A DNA stretch of 64,000 bases from Mytilus edulis (lineage: Eukaryota): contig NC_092352.1 in assembly GCF_963676685.1 (NCBI RefSeq), positions 77,314,001-77,378,000 on the forward strand, given 5' to 3'. Each line of letters begins with the position of its first letter. Positions within the stretch are counted from its first letter, which is position 1. Below the pieces are notes generated by a model. That model worked only from the letters and a program-made list of their open reading frames with translations. It made no database searches and was not told where the DNA came from. The translations under genes were made by a program, and so were the position numbers. Positions 1-12,742 of the stretch are shown here, piece by piece.

Positions 1-186
1 AAATGCCAATCTCATAAGTGTCCACAAACAAATATGAATTAACTTAACAGAAACAACCATCAGCATAAAATTTTCATTCAAAATGGTAAAATATTCATTA
101 CTTTATATGTATCCAATATTGAAAAGAACTCACAGTTTGTTGATAAGATATTGGACGTATCTTATTCAATATTGAAAAGTATTTAC

Positions 187-304
187 AGTTTGTGGATAAG
201 AGAGTGGCCGTAATCTGCCATAGTCCTCCTGACTTGCTACATCCCACAAACATAACTGAACGCAGGTGTCGTTTACTCTCACAATAGCTTTGTAATTATC
301 AAAT
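187..304 (-). CDS. Rac: Rac-like GTPase exon 3 ([39 protein letters not shown])
   Basis: 118-nt exon between tttAG and GTAAAT; switch [12 protein letters not shown]; Trp56 is Rac-type; remaining exons would lie outside the window. Confidence 0.92.
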
Positions 305-1554
305 CTAAATTAAACTATTTTTGTTTTATAGACAAATAAATATCTTCCAGACCGCTTCATTACATTGATGATGCATTGTCCTTGGTACAGTGTATGCTGT
401 CTCAGTGATCAACAATAATCTATAAATATAATTGTTTGTATGCCAAAACAATGTCACTAGAGATAACAATGCGATCACACGAATGTGTTCTTTTCCGACG
501 ACAATATAACTTTTGTAAAAGTGGAACATTCGTAAGGTTCTGTTCAAATACACAGATTTAGTCGATTTGCACATTACAAAAACTCGCAACAACATTTTCA
601 GGAATACCGTTTTCGACCGTTTTCAGTATACCCTCATTTGTCGTCCAAACCCGCCTGCTATCGCGGTCGACCCCGTTTCGTTTTTGTTTGGTACATGTAC
701 GTGATAAATGCTACTATAATCTGTTACTTGCTGTTTGCTTTGCATCCGTACTTGACGCAAAGCAAACAACAACAATAATTAGTTATTTGAATATTGACTA
801 GTACCAAAATCAAGGAAAGTGAAAAAAGCTGTTGTTTTACTTTTACAAATTATACCTTGGATGGAGAGTTGTCTCATTTGCACTCATACCACATCTTGTT
901 ACATCTTATTTGAGAATAAAAGTACACAGTGTAGTGGGTTCTATACGTCCAACGACTGTTGTGTTTGTCTCTTGTTCATCTCTTACACAAATAAATGTTT
1001 TGCTTCGAGGTATTAACTAACTTAATTTCGCTTGTTAGGCACGCGAGGCAGTAAAACGTCCCTGAAGCTGTGCAAAATATGTCAATACTAATTCAAGTCC
1101 AATCAGATTTTGAAAAATGAACCCTTTGCCTCTCACAGGATGAAATTTGAAGTGTCCATAGGTTGATTGTTATAGGGTAACATTTCTGTCCCTATTGAAG
1201 AAACCTCGCTTTCTAGCCACATTCAAATTCATCGTATTTTATCTTGCTTGACCGACTTTGCAAAACCTAAATATTGGATTTAAACTCATCATATATACTA
1301 GGCTTGAAAATCTTCGATGGATTATCCTCCTAAATTTGGAACATTTGCACTGTACGTATTAAAATGATGTATTATTTTATCGACACAATCTACACAGTGT
1401 TTATATTATGTTAAGTATGTTTAAATGAACATATATTCCCATAGTTAAGTACTTTAATCGTAATAGGTTGAAACATACAGGCAAAGTTTAAATGTTTATG
1501 AAGTGCCTTATATTTTGACATTTGTAGAACTTTAACTCAATTTTTATAACTTAA

Positions 1555-1626
1555 ATAGTGGGAATATACTCTCCAGGAAAATTATTGCTGGAATAGCTCA
1601 TTAACAAACATGTCTTCCCAACGGCA
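1555..1626 (-). pseudogene. Rac: Rac-like GTPase exon 2 (AVGKTCLLMSYSSNNFPGEYIPTI), donor mutated
   Basis: 72-nt exon after ttcAG; P-loop end GKT and effector loop FPGEYIPT; the expected donor reads TTAAGT instead of GTAAGT. Confidence 0.9.
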
Positions 1627-2195
1627 CTGAAATAATTTTATAAAAAGATAAAGGTTAACATGGTTAACAAAACGAAAATTAATTGTTTAAACCCGAGCTC
1701 CTCTCCATGTTTTATTTGAAAATCAAAACTAACCGTGTGTGAGGGTCATGATAGGGGTATTTATTCTCCTTCCTTTTTTGTACAGATGGTATTGTTTTAT
1801 TTTTTCATCTATTGTGACCATCATTCTCTATTCTTTATTAATTTTTTACTGTAACAGTCATTCTCTTTTCTTTATAATAAAGCACCCTAGTACTCTCTAT
1901 CTTTTAGTTTTTTCCATATTTTCTTTATTTTTTAAATTTTCTTTATGGACTTAAGCCATAATGCTCATTTCTGTAAACCCTCATTTTTTTTTCTTTTGGT
2001 CTCATCAGTTTTGCACTTAAAAAAGTTTATAACATCTTTTTTACTCAAGTGTGTTGGTTTTTATATTTTCAATTGAACAAATTATGATGTTCAAGAAATT
2101 TTAAGCCAAACAATTTACTTATAAAAATACACCCCCAACCGCACACATACACAACAGATAAATTTACATACAAACATATCATTATTCTACCTCAC

Positions 2196-2230
2196 CCATC
2201 ACCTACAACGACACACTTTAAAGTTTGCAT
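2196..2230 (-). CDS. Rac: Rac-like Rho GTPase, coding exon 1 (MQTLKCVVVGDG)
   Basis: Reverse strand reads ATG CAA ACT TTA AAG TGT GTC GTT GTA GGT GAT GG|GTGAGG; a 35-nt coding exon with phase-2 intron matches the conserved Rac gene structure. Confidence 0.92.
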
Positions 2231-2447
2231 TATAATTATCTATATAAAATAACCTAACGAAAAGTTTGTTTAAATATGTTAACATTGTAATGGATAAATA
2301 TAGATTTACTATTAATATATTGTGAAAAGTTTATTTATAACCCGGATGTTTGATCTTAGGTATATAAACCGACAAACCTTTGAATAAAAATGTAGTCTTA
2401 CTTTTACGTTCACAAGATAACTACGTACTCAATCTAATTAAAATATA

Positions 2448-2507
2448 GATCTCTGATTACGTTATACTACATATGAGCTCATGTGTTGTATAACGTAATC
2501 AGAGATC
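2448..2507. repeat. ~60-bp near-perfect palindrome
   Basis: gatctctgattacgttatac...gtataacgtaatcagagatc. Confidence 0.8.
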
Positions 2508-5049
2508 AATATGTGAAGTAGATTGCTACGTACTTTTCTGTGTTAAAATATATTTTTGCAAAAAGACTTGACGGTTGTGAATATAAAATAGTTTTTATTA
2601 TAGAATATATAAAATTAATCATACTATGGTAATATGTATATGTACATAGTCACACGTAAGTTGACGTAACATAAAATATTATTTTCTTCTTTTTCAAGTT
2701 TATTTTTTTGAAGGTTTATAACTTTTTATTAATTTAGGGGGATGGGTCGGGCTCTTCAAATTGAATTGAAAAAAAAATAATGGACTCACCGGTATCACTT
2801 TCTTCCATTGTCGAAAGACATATCTGCGGATCTAGAATTCATGCCTGTTAATCATCATAACTCTGGGTCTTTTCCCAAGGGAATCATCAGTTATATACTC
2901 AGAGCGTCTGTACTTGCATTGAAATGTGGATATCGTTTTAAATATTTAATGTGTGGCGTTGATATTAACAAATCCTTGGAACATTACCAACAGTATTTTT
3001 TTTTTGGTACTCAAATCTGTTCAATTTCGCGTTCAGTATTCTAATCAAGCAAAGTTATTAATGGGGATCAAATGAACTTGGTAAGGATCGAGACCACATG
3101 CATATACAAGGTAAGTGTCCGTTCTATGTCTGCAGTCCCCAGAATACGAATCCTTATTTAGTCCAAAAGTCTCCGCATATCAAAATATAAACGTTTTACC
3201 AAATAAAGTGGTTTTTTTGTGTACATGTATGTGAATGTCATGCTTGTAATTTTTTCAAGTTATATATAAATTGTATTCAAGTCACCAGAGTCCTTAGATG
3301 GGGTATCCACTCTTTCAGCCTAAGAGTAGATTTATGGCAGATTGTTCTGCCCACCTTTGCATTTATTTATTATTTATCATGTTTATTAAATTGATATGAT
3401 ATTAGTTGATGTAATTTCGTATTAATTATATATTATTACTTCATATTAAATATGAACTATTATGTCAAATGTTTTATTTGCAAAATATATTTTTTGCATT
3501 TTTTGATTTTGAATAAATGACCTTTTCTCTTTAGTTAAGTTTCATATCATATAGAAAATAAAACTCAGACTCAACTCAGGCCTGTGTATACATAGCATGT
3601 TTATGTTATCTGTCTGTTTGTCTTAAATACATTCTATAAATTTAAAAGCCTGACCACTGTGCTAGTACAAATTCTTAAGATCCGACAGATGCCTGGAAAA
3701 CACATTTTCGTAAAAATAAGAAGTAAAATTACAAAATACCGAACGTCGAGGAAAATTAAAAGGGAAAGTCAGTAATCAAATGACAAAATCTAAAGCGCAA
3801 ACACATCAAAAGAATGTATAACAACTGCAATATTTCTGACTTGGTAGAGGTATCTTCTTATTTAGATAATGTTGGATTGAACCTGGTTTTAAAGTTAGCT
3901 ACTTATCTCACTTGTATGACAGTTGTTTAAAATTCCATTATATTGACAACGATGTGTGAACAAAATAAACATTAGCCAAAATGAAAGACAAGAATACAAA
4001 CTATTACCCTAGCACACTTACACATTGACGAGACATATACATTGTAAGTACAGAGCCACGTCATATGAAACAAAGAAAGACAAAAAAGGCATATTGACAA
4101 AGTACATTAGCCAAATTCAAAGACAAGAATACAAAAATTAACAATGCCACACTAACAGATTGACGAGACATATAATTACAGGGCCACGTCATGTGTAGCA
4201 AAGAGAGACAAAAAAGGCATTTAGACAAAGTATTATACATTAGCAAACTCAAAGACAAGCATACAACATTTTACCACAGAACAATAACACAATGTCGGAA
4301 TGTATAAGTACAGAGCCCTGTCACATAGATATCACCAAAAATAAACTAAATAGTATGTGTAATAATAATAAAGGCAAATAACAGAACAATATAAGTCAGT
4401 ATGGTATGATTGCCAATGAGACAACTTTCCAAGCACAAAAGTTAAAATAAAGAAGATATATAATTCCTTGTAGTTTACAGTACGGAATTAAGCAACGAGA
4501 TAAACAAACCAAACTGTATATTAACAGATATTACAGTCCCCGACATGCAAAATCAACAACGGCCCACATTATACAAAACAATTTACGAAAAACAGAATAT
4601 ATAACACACATAAACAAATTTCAACCATCGAATCTAAATGCGTACAGGCCCCTAATTTGGGGCAGGCATTCCCCTCGTTTTTATCTAGAACAGCAGTTCT
4701 ACATTACAACATCAGAACACGACACTAATATCAGTTTCAAAATAGCTTTACTTAATAGATCATAAAGAAATTATAAATAATAGACAGATTAAACTTTATT
4801 ATTTCCTTATTTCAACGGGGAAATCACACTGTTTTGAAAAATGCTAATTTAACAAATACTAAAAGGCTGAAACAAGCTCAGAACATGTACTACTCCTGAA
4901 CAATGAAATATTGTTGGGTTGGTGCATGGATATTGCTGAATTCATCCCAAATGCATTTTTGATTAAAATTCACGAGATCGAAAAAACATAATTCTAGGAG
5001 AGGTATATAAATTTTGTTTAAGTATAGCAAAGCATGCAAATATGTTGAA

Positions 5050-5255
5050 GATAGATATAGGAAGATGTGGTATGAGTTCTAATGAGACAACTATCCACCC
5101 AAGTAACAATTTAAAAGTAAACCATTATAGTTCAAGGTACGGTCTTCAACACGAATCCTTGGCTCACACCGAACAGCAAGTTACAAAGGGTCCCAAATAT
5201 TACTAGTGTAAAACCATTCAAACGGGAAAACCAACGGTCTTATCCTATAAAAAAG
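5050..5255 (-). mobile_element. Retroelement 3'-end fragment (gaagatgtggtatga..gagacaact family)
   Basis: Related to copies at ~4400-4760, 24150-24360 and 56531-56949. Confidence 0.6.
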
Positions 5256-5446
5256 ACATCTGATATCTAATAAACATTTGATATATAATTAACATATATT
5301 TGTATAATAAATATCTGCTATCGAATGAACATCTGGTATCTAATAAACATCTGATATCTTAAAAACATCTGGTATCAAATAAACATCTGATATCTGATAA
5401 ACATCTGGTATCTAATAAAGATTTGGTATCTAAATAAAACATCTGG
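5256..5446. repeat. ~19-bp minisatellite (aaacatctgRtatctaat), continues at 7417-7570
   Basis: Repeated catctg(g/a)tatctaataaa units on both sides of the LINE; uninterrupted paralog at ~35211-35305. Confidence 0.85.
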
Positions 5447-7191
5447 ATGGAAGTGAAGATTCACAAAGTCTCAGGATAAAAGATAAATACAACTAAAACA
5501 AAATTTGTTTGGATGGGAATTAAGATATATTCTGACTTGGTTTTATGTCCTCAAACAAATCTAAGCTGGTCCTGTTCAAACTTTAAGGTTTTAGAATTAA
5601 ATTTCTCTTTAGATCTAGAGTGTATGCCCAGTTTGAATTTCAGAGCAAAAATCAAAGATATTTCAAAATTGTTGAAAAGTAGGCAGCATTGGAAGCTAAC
5701 ACTACTTGGCAAGGTTACTTTTATTAAGACTCTTGCAGTTCCGAAATTGATTCATTTGCTTACTTCTTTACCTAATATATGTCAATCCATGTTGAATGAA
5801 ATCAACAGATTATTCTTTAATTTTAATATGGAATGGAAAAACAGAAAAAATCAAACGTGATAAACTGATTGCAGATAAAAAGGAGGGAGGTTTGAAAATG
5901 ATTCATTTACAATCTTTCAACTTTTATCTTAAAGTCGGTTGGGTGAGGCGATTTTTTTCAAATTTGAATGGGGACTGGCAAAATATTCTTAAGTTGATAT
6001 TGAAAATATTTGGAGGAGCAAGATCTTTTTCTTTACAAAACTTAAAATTTTTTGGAGATTGGAAATCAACTCAGCAATCGTTTTTGGAAAGATGTTTTTC
6101 AAGCTTTACACTCATCTAAACCACATGTTAAAACTGATGTCAATGAGTGTCTCTCGCTGGTTATCTTGAATTTTGTGAAAACAGAAGATTTCCCATTATA
6201 TAACAGATGGGGAGTTGCTGGTCTGCAAAACCTCTGTCACCTTTTTGACCATCAAAGAAGAGATTTTTTTCACGTTTGATCAGATTAAACAAAAAGTTCA
6301 GACAAATAATTATATGCACTATTACAGTTTAATATCAAATACCCATATTGAGGTCTAACAGTGTATTAGGGAAAACACTGATACTGACTTAGAAAATTTT
6401 ACTCCACAGGAAACATTTTTGGATAAAATTACTAGCAGTAAAAATATCAAATTCATATATAATAATCTTATTGTAAAATGTGCATATTCTCCAGTTGTAA
6501 AATTTTCAAAATTGGAGGATGAGCTGCATTCTAACATTGAAGACTGGAAGAAATACTTTTGTATACTGCAGAACGGTTGCAGAGATACATATTTGTATAA
6601 AATCCAAGATAAGTTTTTACATAGGACTATTCCTACAAATACATTTTTATATAAGATTAAAATCAAAGATACAAAGTTGTGTTCTTTTTGTAGATGTGAA
6701 GATGAAACTATTGGACAGTTATTTTATTATTGTCAAGTGACATCAAATTTTTTATATTTGTTTTGTGCTTGTCTGAAAAAATTCTATGTTAACATTGTTT
6801 TAAACAAAAAAAACTTGTTTCTTGGTTTTGTAAAAGAAAGCTTATTTTAAAATTTTCTTGTAATTTTTGCCAAAAAATACATATATAAATGCAAGTTAGA
6901 AGAAAAGCTTCCAAATGCAATTGAATTAAAAAATAGACTGAAAAACTTTAATAACTTAGAGTTCTATACAGCAAGAAAAAACAACAAAATTTTTGAACTT
7001 GAAAAACTTTGGGCCCCTATGTTAATTATTTATCCTGAATGGTAATCTAACAACCAAATTTATATCAATATATATCTTTTTGACCTATTTATGGAACAGA
7101 GCAAACAACATGTAATATATGCATAACACATGTAAACCTTTTTTTTTCTTCTATTAAATAATCTATAGATATTTCTATATGAAGAGATTGT

Positions 7192-7255
<64 letters not shown>

Positions 7256-7416
7256 CAAAAAATTTATATTTTAGTTTGTGTAAATCTTGATAAAACAATA
7301 GTCCTTTGTTGTTATATATTTGAAACCCTGTAACACCTTAGTCAGGTGGTGCTGGTAGGGTGATGTTAAATCCTGACTATTGAAAAAATAAATACAAAAT
7401 ACAAAAAATAAAAAAA
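5447..7416 (+). mobile_element. 5'-truncated L1/Tx1-like non-LTR retrotransposon (RT C-terminus plus zf-RVT), frameshifted
   Basis: Fragments LTLLGKVTFIKTLAVPKL, GGLKMIHL and LHRTIPTN..CSFC..ETI..LFYYC; A-rich tail at 7382-7416; catctgg duplicated at both ends. Confidence 0.85.
7194..7250 (+). repeat. (GA)n microsatellite in LINE 3' UTR
   Basis: Direct observation. Confidence 0.95.
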
Positions 7417-7719
7417 CCATCTGGTCTCTAAAAAAACATCTGGTATCTAAAAAAAACATCTTATATCTAATAAAAATCTGATATCTAATAAATATCTGAT
7501 ATCTAATTAACACCTGTTATCTAATTAACATCTTATATCTTATAGACATTTGATATCAAATTAACATCTGTTTATATAATAAATATCGGAAGGATGTGAA
7601 ATGGTAGTTTGAATTGACAAAAAGGGGGCTTCATGAACAGGTTTGAATTCACGCTACACTCACTCGAAACGTCAAGAAAATATAACGCATTTGTATTCAG
7701 ATATTTGTAGTGACTTTTA

Positions 7720-8166
7720 TAAAAGAGGTCGATAAATACCAGAGGGAAAGTCACACTCATAGATGGAAAATATACTGACAATGCCATGGCTAAAAATGAA
7801 AAGACAAACAGGCAAACAATAGTACAGAAAATACAACATAGAAAACTTAAGACTAAGCAACATGAACCGCACCAAAAACTGGGGGTGATTTCAGGTGCTC
7901 CGTAAGGGTAAGCAGATCCTTGTCCACATGTGGCACCCATCGTGTTGCTTTTATTATTACAAATCCGGTAAATAGTCCTAATCGGTAGTCACATTCATGA
8001 GAAGGGAAGGGTATTGTAGTTACGACGTAAGGAACATATCCGACATCGTCTGTGAAACGGTTATTCTATAATGGTAAACCAACTCGTGATGGCGTCCGTA
8101 AAATTTACGAAGGGATCATTTCAACTTCACCATTTGAAACTCTTGGTTTAATAGCTTCCTTGTGAG
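7720..8166 (-). mobile_element. Penelope-like element family 2, 3' end (ORF tail plus 3' UTR)
   Basis: Reverse strand LTRKLLNQEFQMVKLK*SLRKFYGRHHELV..MFLTS*; further 3'-end copies at 31530-31740(+), 58963-59140(+) and 61965-62002. Confidence 0.75.
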
Positions 8167-8169
8167 TAT

Positions 8170-8545
8170 GGTCAATCTGGACATTTTGCGATACGGCTGT
8201 CGAGCTAGTCCGATCTGTTACAGAATTGTTATTCAGGCGTTTACATGAAGATGTTGGCAGTACTTCTTGATTCGTAAGACGTATATAACTGGATCTACTA
8301 TAGTATTTAACAAAAAAAGTCGTTGATGATCATTGTGAGAGTACATGCTATAGCAAATGTATTATCCATGTACACAGAGAACACATGGAAACTTCGTTGA
8401 AGAACTGCCACTTAACCTACACCAATTATCAAGCCCCGTTTAACTGTTTTTTACGTGTTCTTATATCATAAGTCTTCTTCTTGGCGAAATGACTCTCAGT
8501 CATACTACTTGCATTTACAAACCATTTGAACGGATAATCCTGTAT
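8170..8545 (-). pseudogene. Degenerate GPCR 3' half (TM5 to C-tail)
   Basis: Nucleotide similarity to the 3' half of the intact receptors, with many indels. Confidence 0.75.
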
Positions 8546-8649
8546 AATACAACAAGAGAAATATTCATTGTTGATGATTAATAGAGAAACTGTCAATAGA
8601 TGTTTGAGATAAAGTCAATAGGCACATTTCAAGATAAGGCTTCCGAGTT

Positions 8650-8815
8650 CGTCCAATTCGTAACAAAATTGTTCTTCTGTCATTGTAAACAAAGATATTG
8701 CCGATACTTGGTGACTGCAAGACGTAGATAATGGGACCTACTACAGGATTTAACTACAGAAAAAAGTTGTCAATGAGAGAGTAATGTAAACTATTTTCTT
8801 GTAACAGCATAGTTG
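8650..8815 (-). pseudogene. GPCR TM7-helix 8 tail duplicate
   Basis: Paralog of 36128-36310. Confidence 0.7.
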
Positions 8816-8870
8816 ATAAATAATCAAAAATCGTTCTGCACTTGGTTGACATGAAGTCAATCTGGTCATT

Positions 8871-9791
8871 TTAAGATACGGCTGTCGAATTAGTCGCATC
8901 CGTAACAGAATTGTTATTCAGGCGTTTACAAATAAGATATTGACGATACTTCTTAATCCGTAAGACGTAGATAACTGGATCTACAACAGAATTTAACAAA
9001 AGAAAAAAAGTTGTTGAATATCAATGTGAGAGCACCTGTTATAACCGATTTATTCCCCATGTACAAAAAGAACACAAGCACACTTCGTGGTAGAACTGCC
9101 ACTAAAGAAACAGCAATTATCAAACCCACTGTAACTGCATTTTTACGTGTTCTTATAGTATTAGCCTTCTTCTTGGCGACCTGGCTCTCAGTCATACTAC
9201 TGGCTTGAAGAACATTATGCGAACTAATCATCCTGTATACTATAATCCCGTAACAAGAAATTATAGCAACAACAATACATAAACAAGGAATGTCATGTGA
9301 AAATAACAACAGTGCAGTAGTGATGTTTTTAGGTTCACATGGTACTGGTCCATCGACAGTTGCCATACCAAATCTCAACAAAGCAATGCAGTGACTTACA
9401 TGAAATAAAGTAAAACACCTTTATTGCTGGATACAAAGACCAAAATTCCGTTCTGTGTTGTGAATGTAGCATTTAGTCGTTCGATGTATATCATGAGAGA
9501 TCATCAAGAGATGACATTATTGTTCCACCAATCAGATGTTGAATCATCAAACACTGGTATTGGAATGTAACACCTTTAGAGTTCATAAAAACTAATATAG
9601 TGTGATAAATGTATTCCAGACCCAATGCGCTGTCACTGAGACTAGTACATTGACAATACTAAGAAACGGCTCTTTTTTAATTCCTTTGAAGTAGTCGATA
9701 CGTATATGGAACAACCATGAAACAATAACATTCCAGTAACAATTACAAAGTTTGCTATCTTTATACTTTGCCACATGTTTAGTTATTTCAT
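8871..9791 (-). pseudogene. Full-length frameshifted class A GPCR pseudogene
   Basis: Colinear with 36367-37290; indels at ~9005, ~9397, ~9500 and ~9645. Confidence 0.9.
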
Positions 9792-9800
9792 GTACAACTA

Positions 9801-10443
9801 TCTATAATAATACTAAAATAACGAGGTCCAATTTGTCAGCCGTCATCGGGTAAAAACGACAAATCAAAGCATTCAACACTATATATAGCTAATATAGGAC
9901 AATGGTGTAGATTAAAAATTACATCACTCCAGACCCTTTTGTTTTCCACGTAATTAATATTGCCAATAATTACCAAGTTCCGGGTCGAATCCGATACCAA
10001 TAGTATATTCACCTGTAACATATTGCCTTATCTGTACGTTCCGCATTTGACAGGCGAACCACCGCATGGTGTATTTAGGATTTTGCTACATACACGGGTC
10101 ATAATCAAAGGGCTGACACTACTAAATTCAATCATTGTCAAATTGTTCCCTATTGTAGTTTTATTCAGCAATCATCAAGACTTTCTAAGATAACTAAGAT
10201 AGGACAATGCTGTTGATTAAAAAATACTCCATTCCTGGATAGCCAGGACCTTTTGTTTTCCAAATAATTAATATTACCAATAATTGATAAGTTCCAGGTC
10301 GACGGATTCAAACAGAAAGATTTGAAAGCAAAGAAAACTGTGTATCTTATAATCGACAAGACTTTATCAGATGACAATACCAATTACTAAAATAAGGCTT
10401 AGGCATAGTTATATACTTTAATTCAGTCAAAGGTGTGTACTTG
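9801..10443 (+). mobile_element. Non-autonomous Helitron-like insertion
   Basis: Starts TC, ends CTTG, sits between A and T with no TSD; empty site acaacta|ttgtat at ~37293-37305. Confidence 0.75.
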
Positions 10444-10644
10444 TTGTATTTAATAAATATAAGCAAAGGTACACGTAATTAATATCAGCTATTATATACC
10501 TTACCCCTCATGAATATTCATTAAAAAAAGTTTTTTATAGACTATATATATAGTTACGTGAGTTATAATGTATTCTTTATTCTTAGTTGGTCTTTGGATG
10601 AACTTAATCTAATCACATCTTATTGTTACAAATAATGAACAGTA

Positions 10645-12742
10645 ATAAAATTGAGAATGGAAACGGGGAATGTGTCAAAGATACAACAACCCGACCATAG
10701 AAAAAACAACAGCAGAAGGTCACCAACAGGTCTTCAATGTGGCGAGAAATTCCCGCACACGGAGGCTCCCTCAGCTGGCCCCTAAACAAATATATACTAG
10801 TACAGTGATAATGAACGACATTCTAATTTCCAAATTGTACACAAAAAACTAAAATTAAAATAATACGAGACTAACAAAGGCCAGAGGCTCCTGACTTGGG
10901 ACAGGCGCAAACATGCAGCGGGGTTAAACATGTTTAAGAAATCTCAACCCTCCCAATATACCTCTAGCCAATATAGAAAAGTAAACGCATAACAATACAC
11001 ACATTTAAAATTCAGTTCAAGAGAAGTCCGAGTCTGATGTCAGAAGATGTAACCAAAGAAAATAAACAAAATGACAATAATACATAAATAACAACAGACT
11101 ACTAGCAGTTAACTGACATGCCAGCTCCAGACTTCAATTAAACTGATTGAAAGATTATGATTTCATCACATCAATATCAGGCACAATCCTTCCCGTTAGG
11201 GTTTTAGTATCATTCCATCATAACATATATGAGAAGAACATTATAAGTTCAACAGGATAAATTTCTTTAGTAAACATACTGAAGTCGTCAATATTGAGAG
11301 CCAAAATATCATCCAAATATCTAAAAGTATTATTAAATTTGTTTATCAGATGTTGTTTCGATGGGTCTTTGCTGATTTTTGTCATAAATTGTAACTCATA
11401 GCAATACAAAAACAGGTCCGCAATAAGTGGGTCACAGTTAGTCTTCATTGGAATTCCGATAACCTGACGATATACGGAAACTCAAAAGCGAACACAAATG
11501 CTATCTAGTAAAATTTCAAGGGTATACATAGTATCAAAGCATGTCCAATTGACATAGTTTTTTTTGTTTATTGCTACTGAAAAATGACCTAAAAGAGTTT
11601 GAACATATTTATTCACATTCTGACTTTTTAAATGCCCATTTAATTAGGTGTGTGATTTTTTTCTGAATGAGAATGTGAGGCAATGTGGTATACAGGGTAG
11701 AAAAATCAAAACTTTGAACAGATTCAAAATCACCAATATAAGCATGCAATTTATCAAGTACTTCCAACGAGTTCTTGACACACCAAACGAAGTTAATTCC
11801 ACTATTTTCGAAGGCCTCAATATCAGGTTTTTGATTGTACCAAGTGTACTGGTAAGGAGAATAAACAATTTAGTAGTGGAACAATGGCTTGAAGACGAAA
11901 TAAATCTATATTTGTAAGGTGTTTTGTGTAGCTTCGGAAGCCAGTACATAGTTGGGACTTTCATTGTATTTGGTTCTGCTTGTAAAGCGGTAGCTAAAAG
12001 TTTATGTTTGTTATGTTATGTCGTTTTCTGAAAATGGAGTCAGTTGGAATGTTGGTGAATTTGTAATTTCTTTTTTCAGAACCTGAATGTAAAATTTAGA
12101 AAAAAAAAAGAGTCCAACGATTTTTAGTCAGATTTTCCCCATTTTATCCATTTCATACAGTAAGTACGGAGAGAGTCGTGGATGATATTACGACACTCAT
12201 TCCAATTAATAATTGACAGTGGACGATATTTAGTCCTTTACTGAGGAATGATTTTGACTCCCGGTCTTGAACGATGTTAAGATCTCCTGTTATAACATGG
12301 GAAATGGGTCCATAAATGTATTCGGAATTATAACATCTTTACACAATTGGTTATAATTAAACACAAATTTTCGGGTAGATTTCTTGTAAATATAGCAAAT
12401 AAGAGGGAGCTCAGTATTGTCAAAATATCCAGGAATTTGTTCTTTAACAGAATGGTCGTTAAATATACCGGCAATATTTACAAAATCAAAACCTTTATTG
12501 ACATACTTTACTTTAATAAAATGTTTTTTATGATCTTCAGGGCGATCAATTTTAGGAAATAGTTTAGAATAACAATATTCCATAATAATTTGAACTATTT
12601 CATACTTAGGACTGCTATATGAAATTGTGTTGCAATCCTCTAAAATTTTATTTAACCTATTAACCGTAAATGAACAAAGCTTTGTTAACAGATAATGTCT
12701 GCCGTTGTTTTTTGAAATAGAAATTAAGTCCGAAATATTGGT
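10645..12742 (-). mobile_element. Penelope-like element family 1, degenerate 5'-truncated copy
   Basis: YWLPKLHKTPYKYRFI, PLIADLFLYCYE, FRYLDD; internal deletion; empty site gtaataaataccaacc at ~23211. Confidence 0.85.

Noticed and set aside
14-60. Possible decayed extra Rac exon 3 (HICLW..T on the minus strand)
   Set aside because: Too short and frameshifted to distinguish from chance
819-1016. ORF with CLLFISYTNKCF resembling Rho CLLISYT
   Set aside because: Opposite strand to the real Rac exons, no GKT, and it overlaps a repeat fragment
2784-2900. Possible 5' UTR exon of Rac (G|GTGAGT donor at 2789)
   Set aside because: Only a donor-like hexamer; no in-frame coding link and no transcript evidence
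10879-10969. Active twister in the older PLE copy
   Set aside because: P2 3' strand mutated (GGGG to UUGG) and P3 disrupted; treated as a decayed copy
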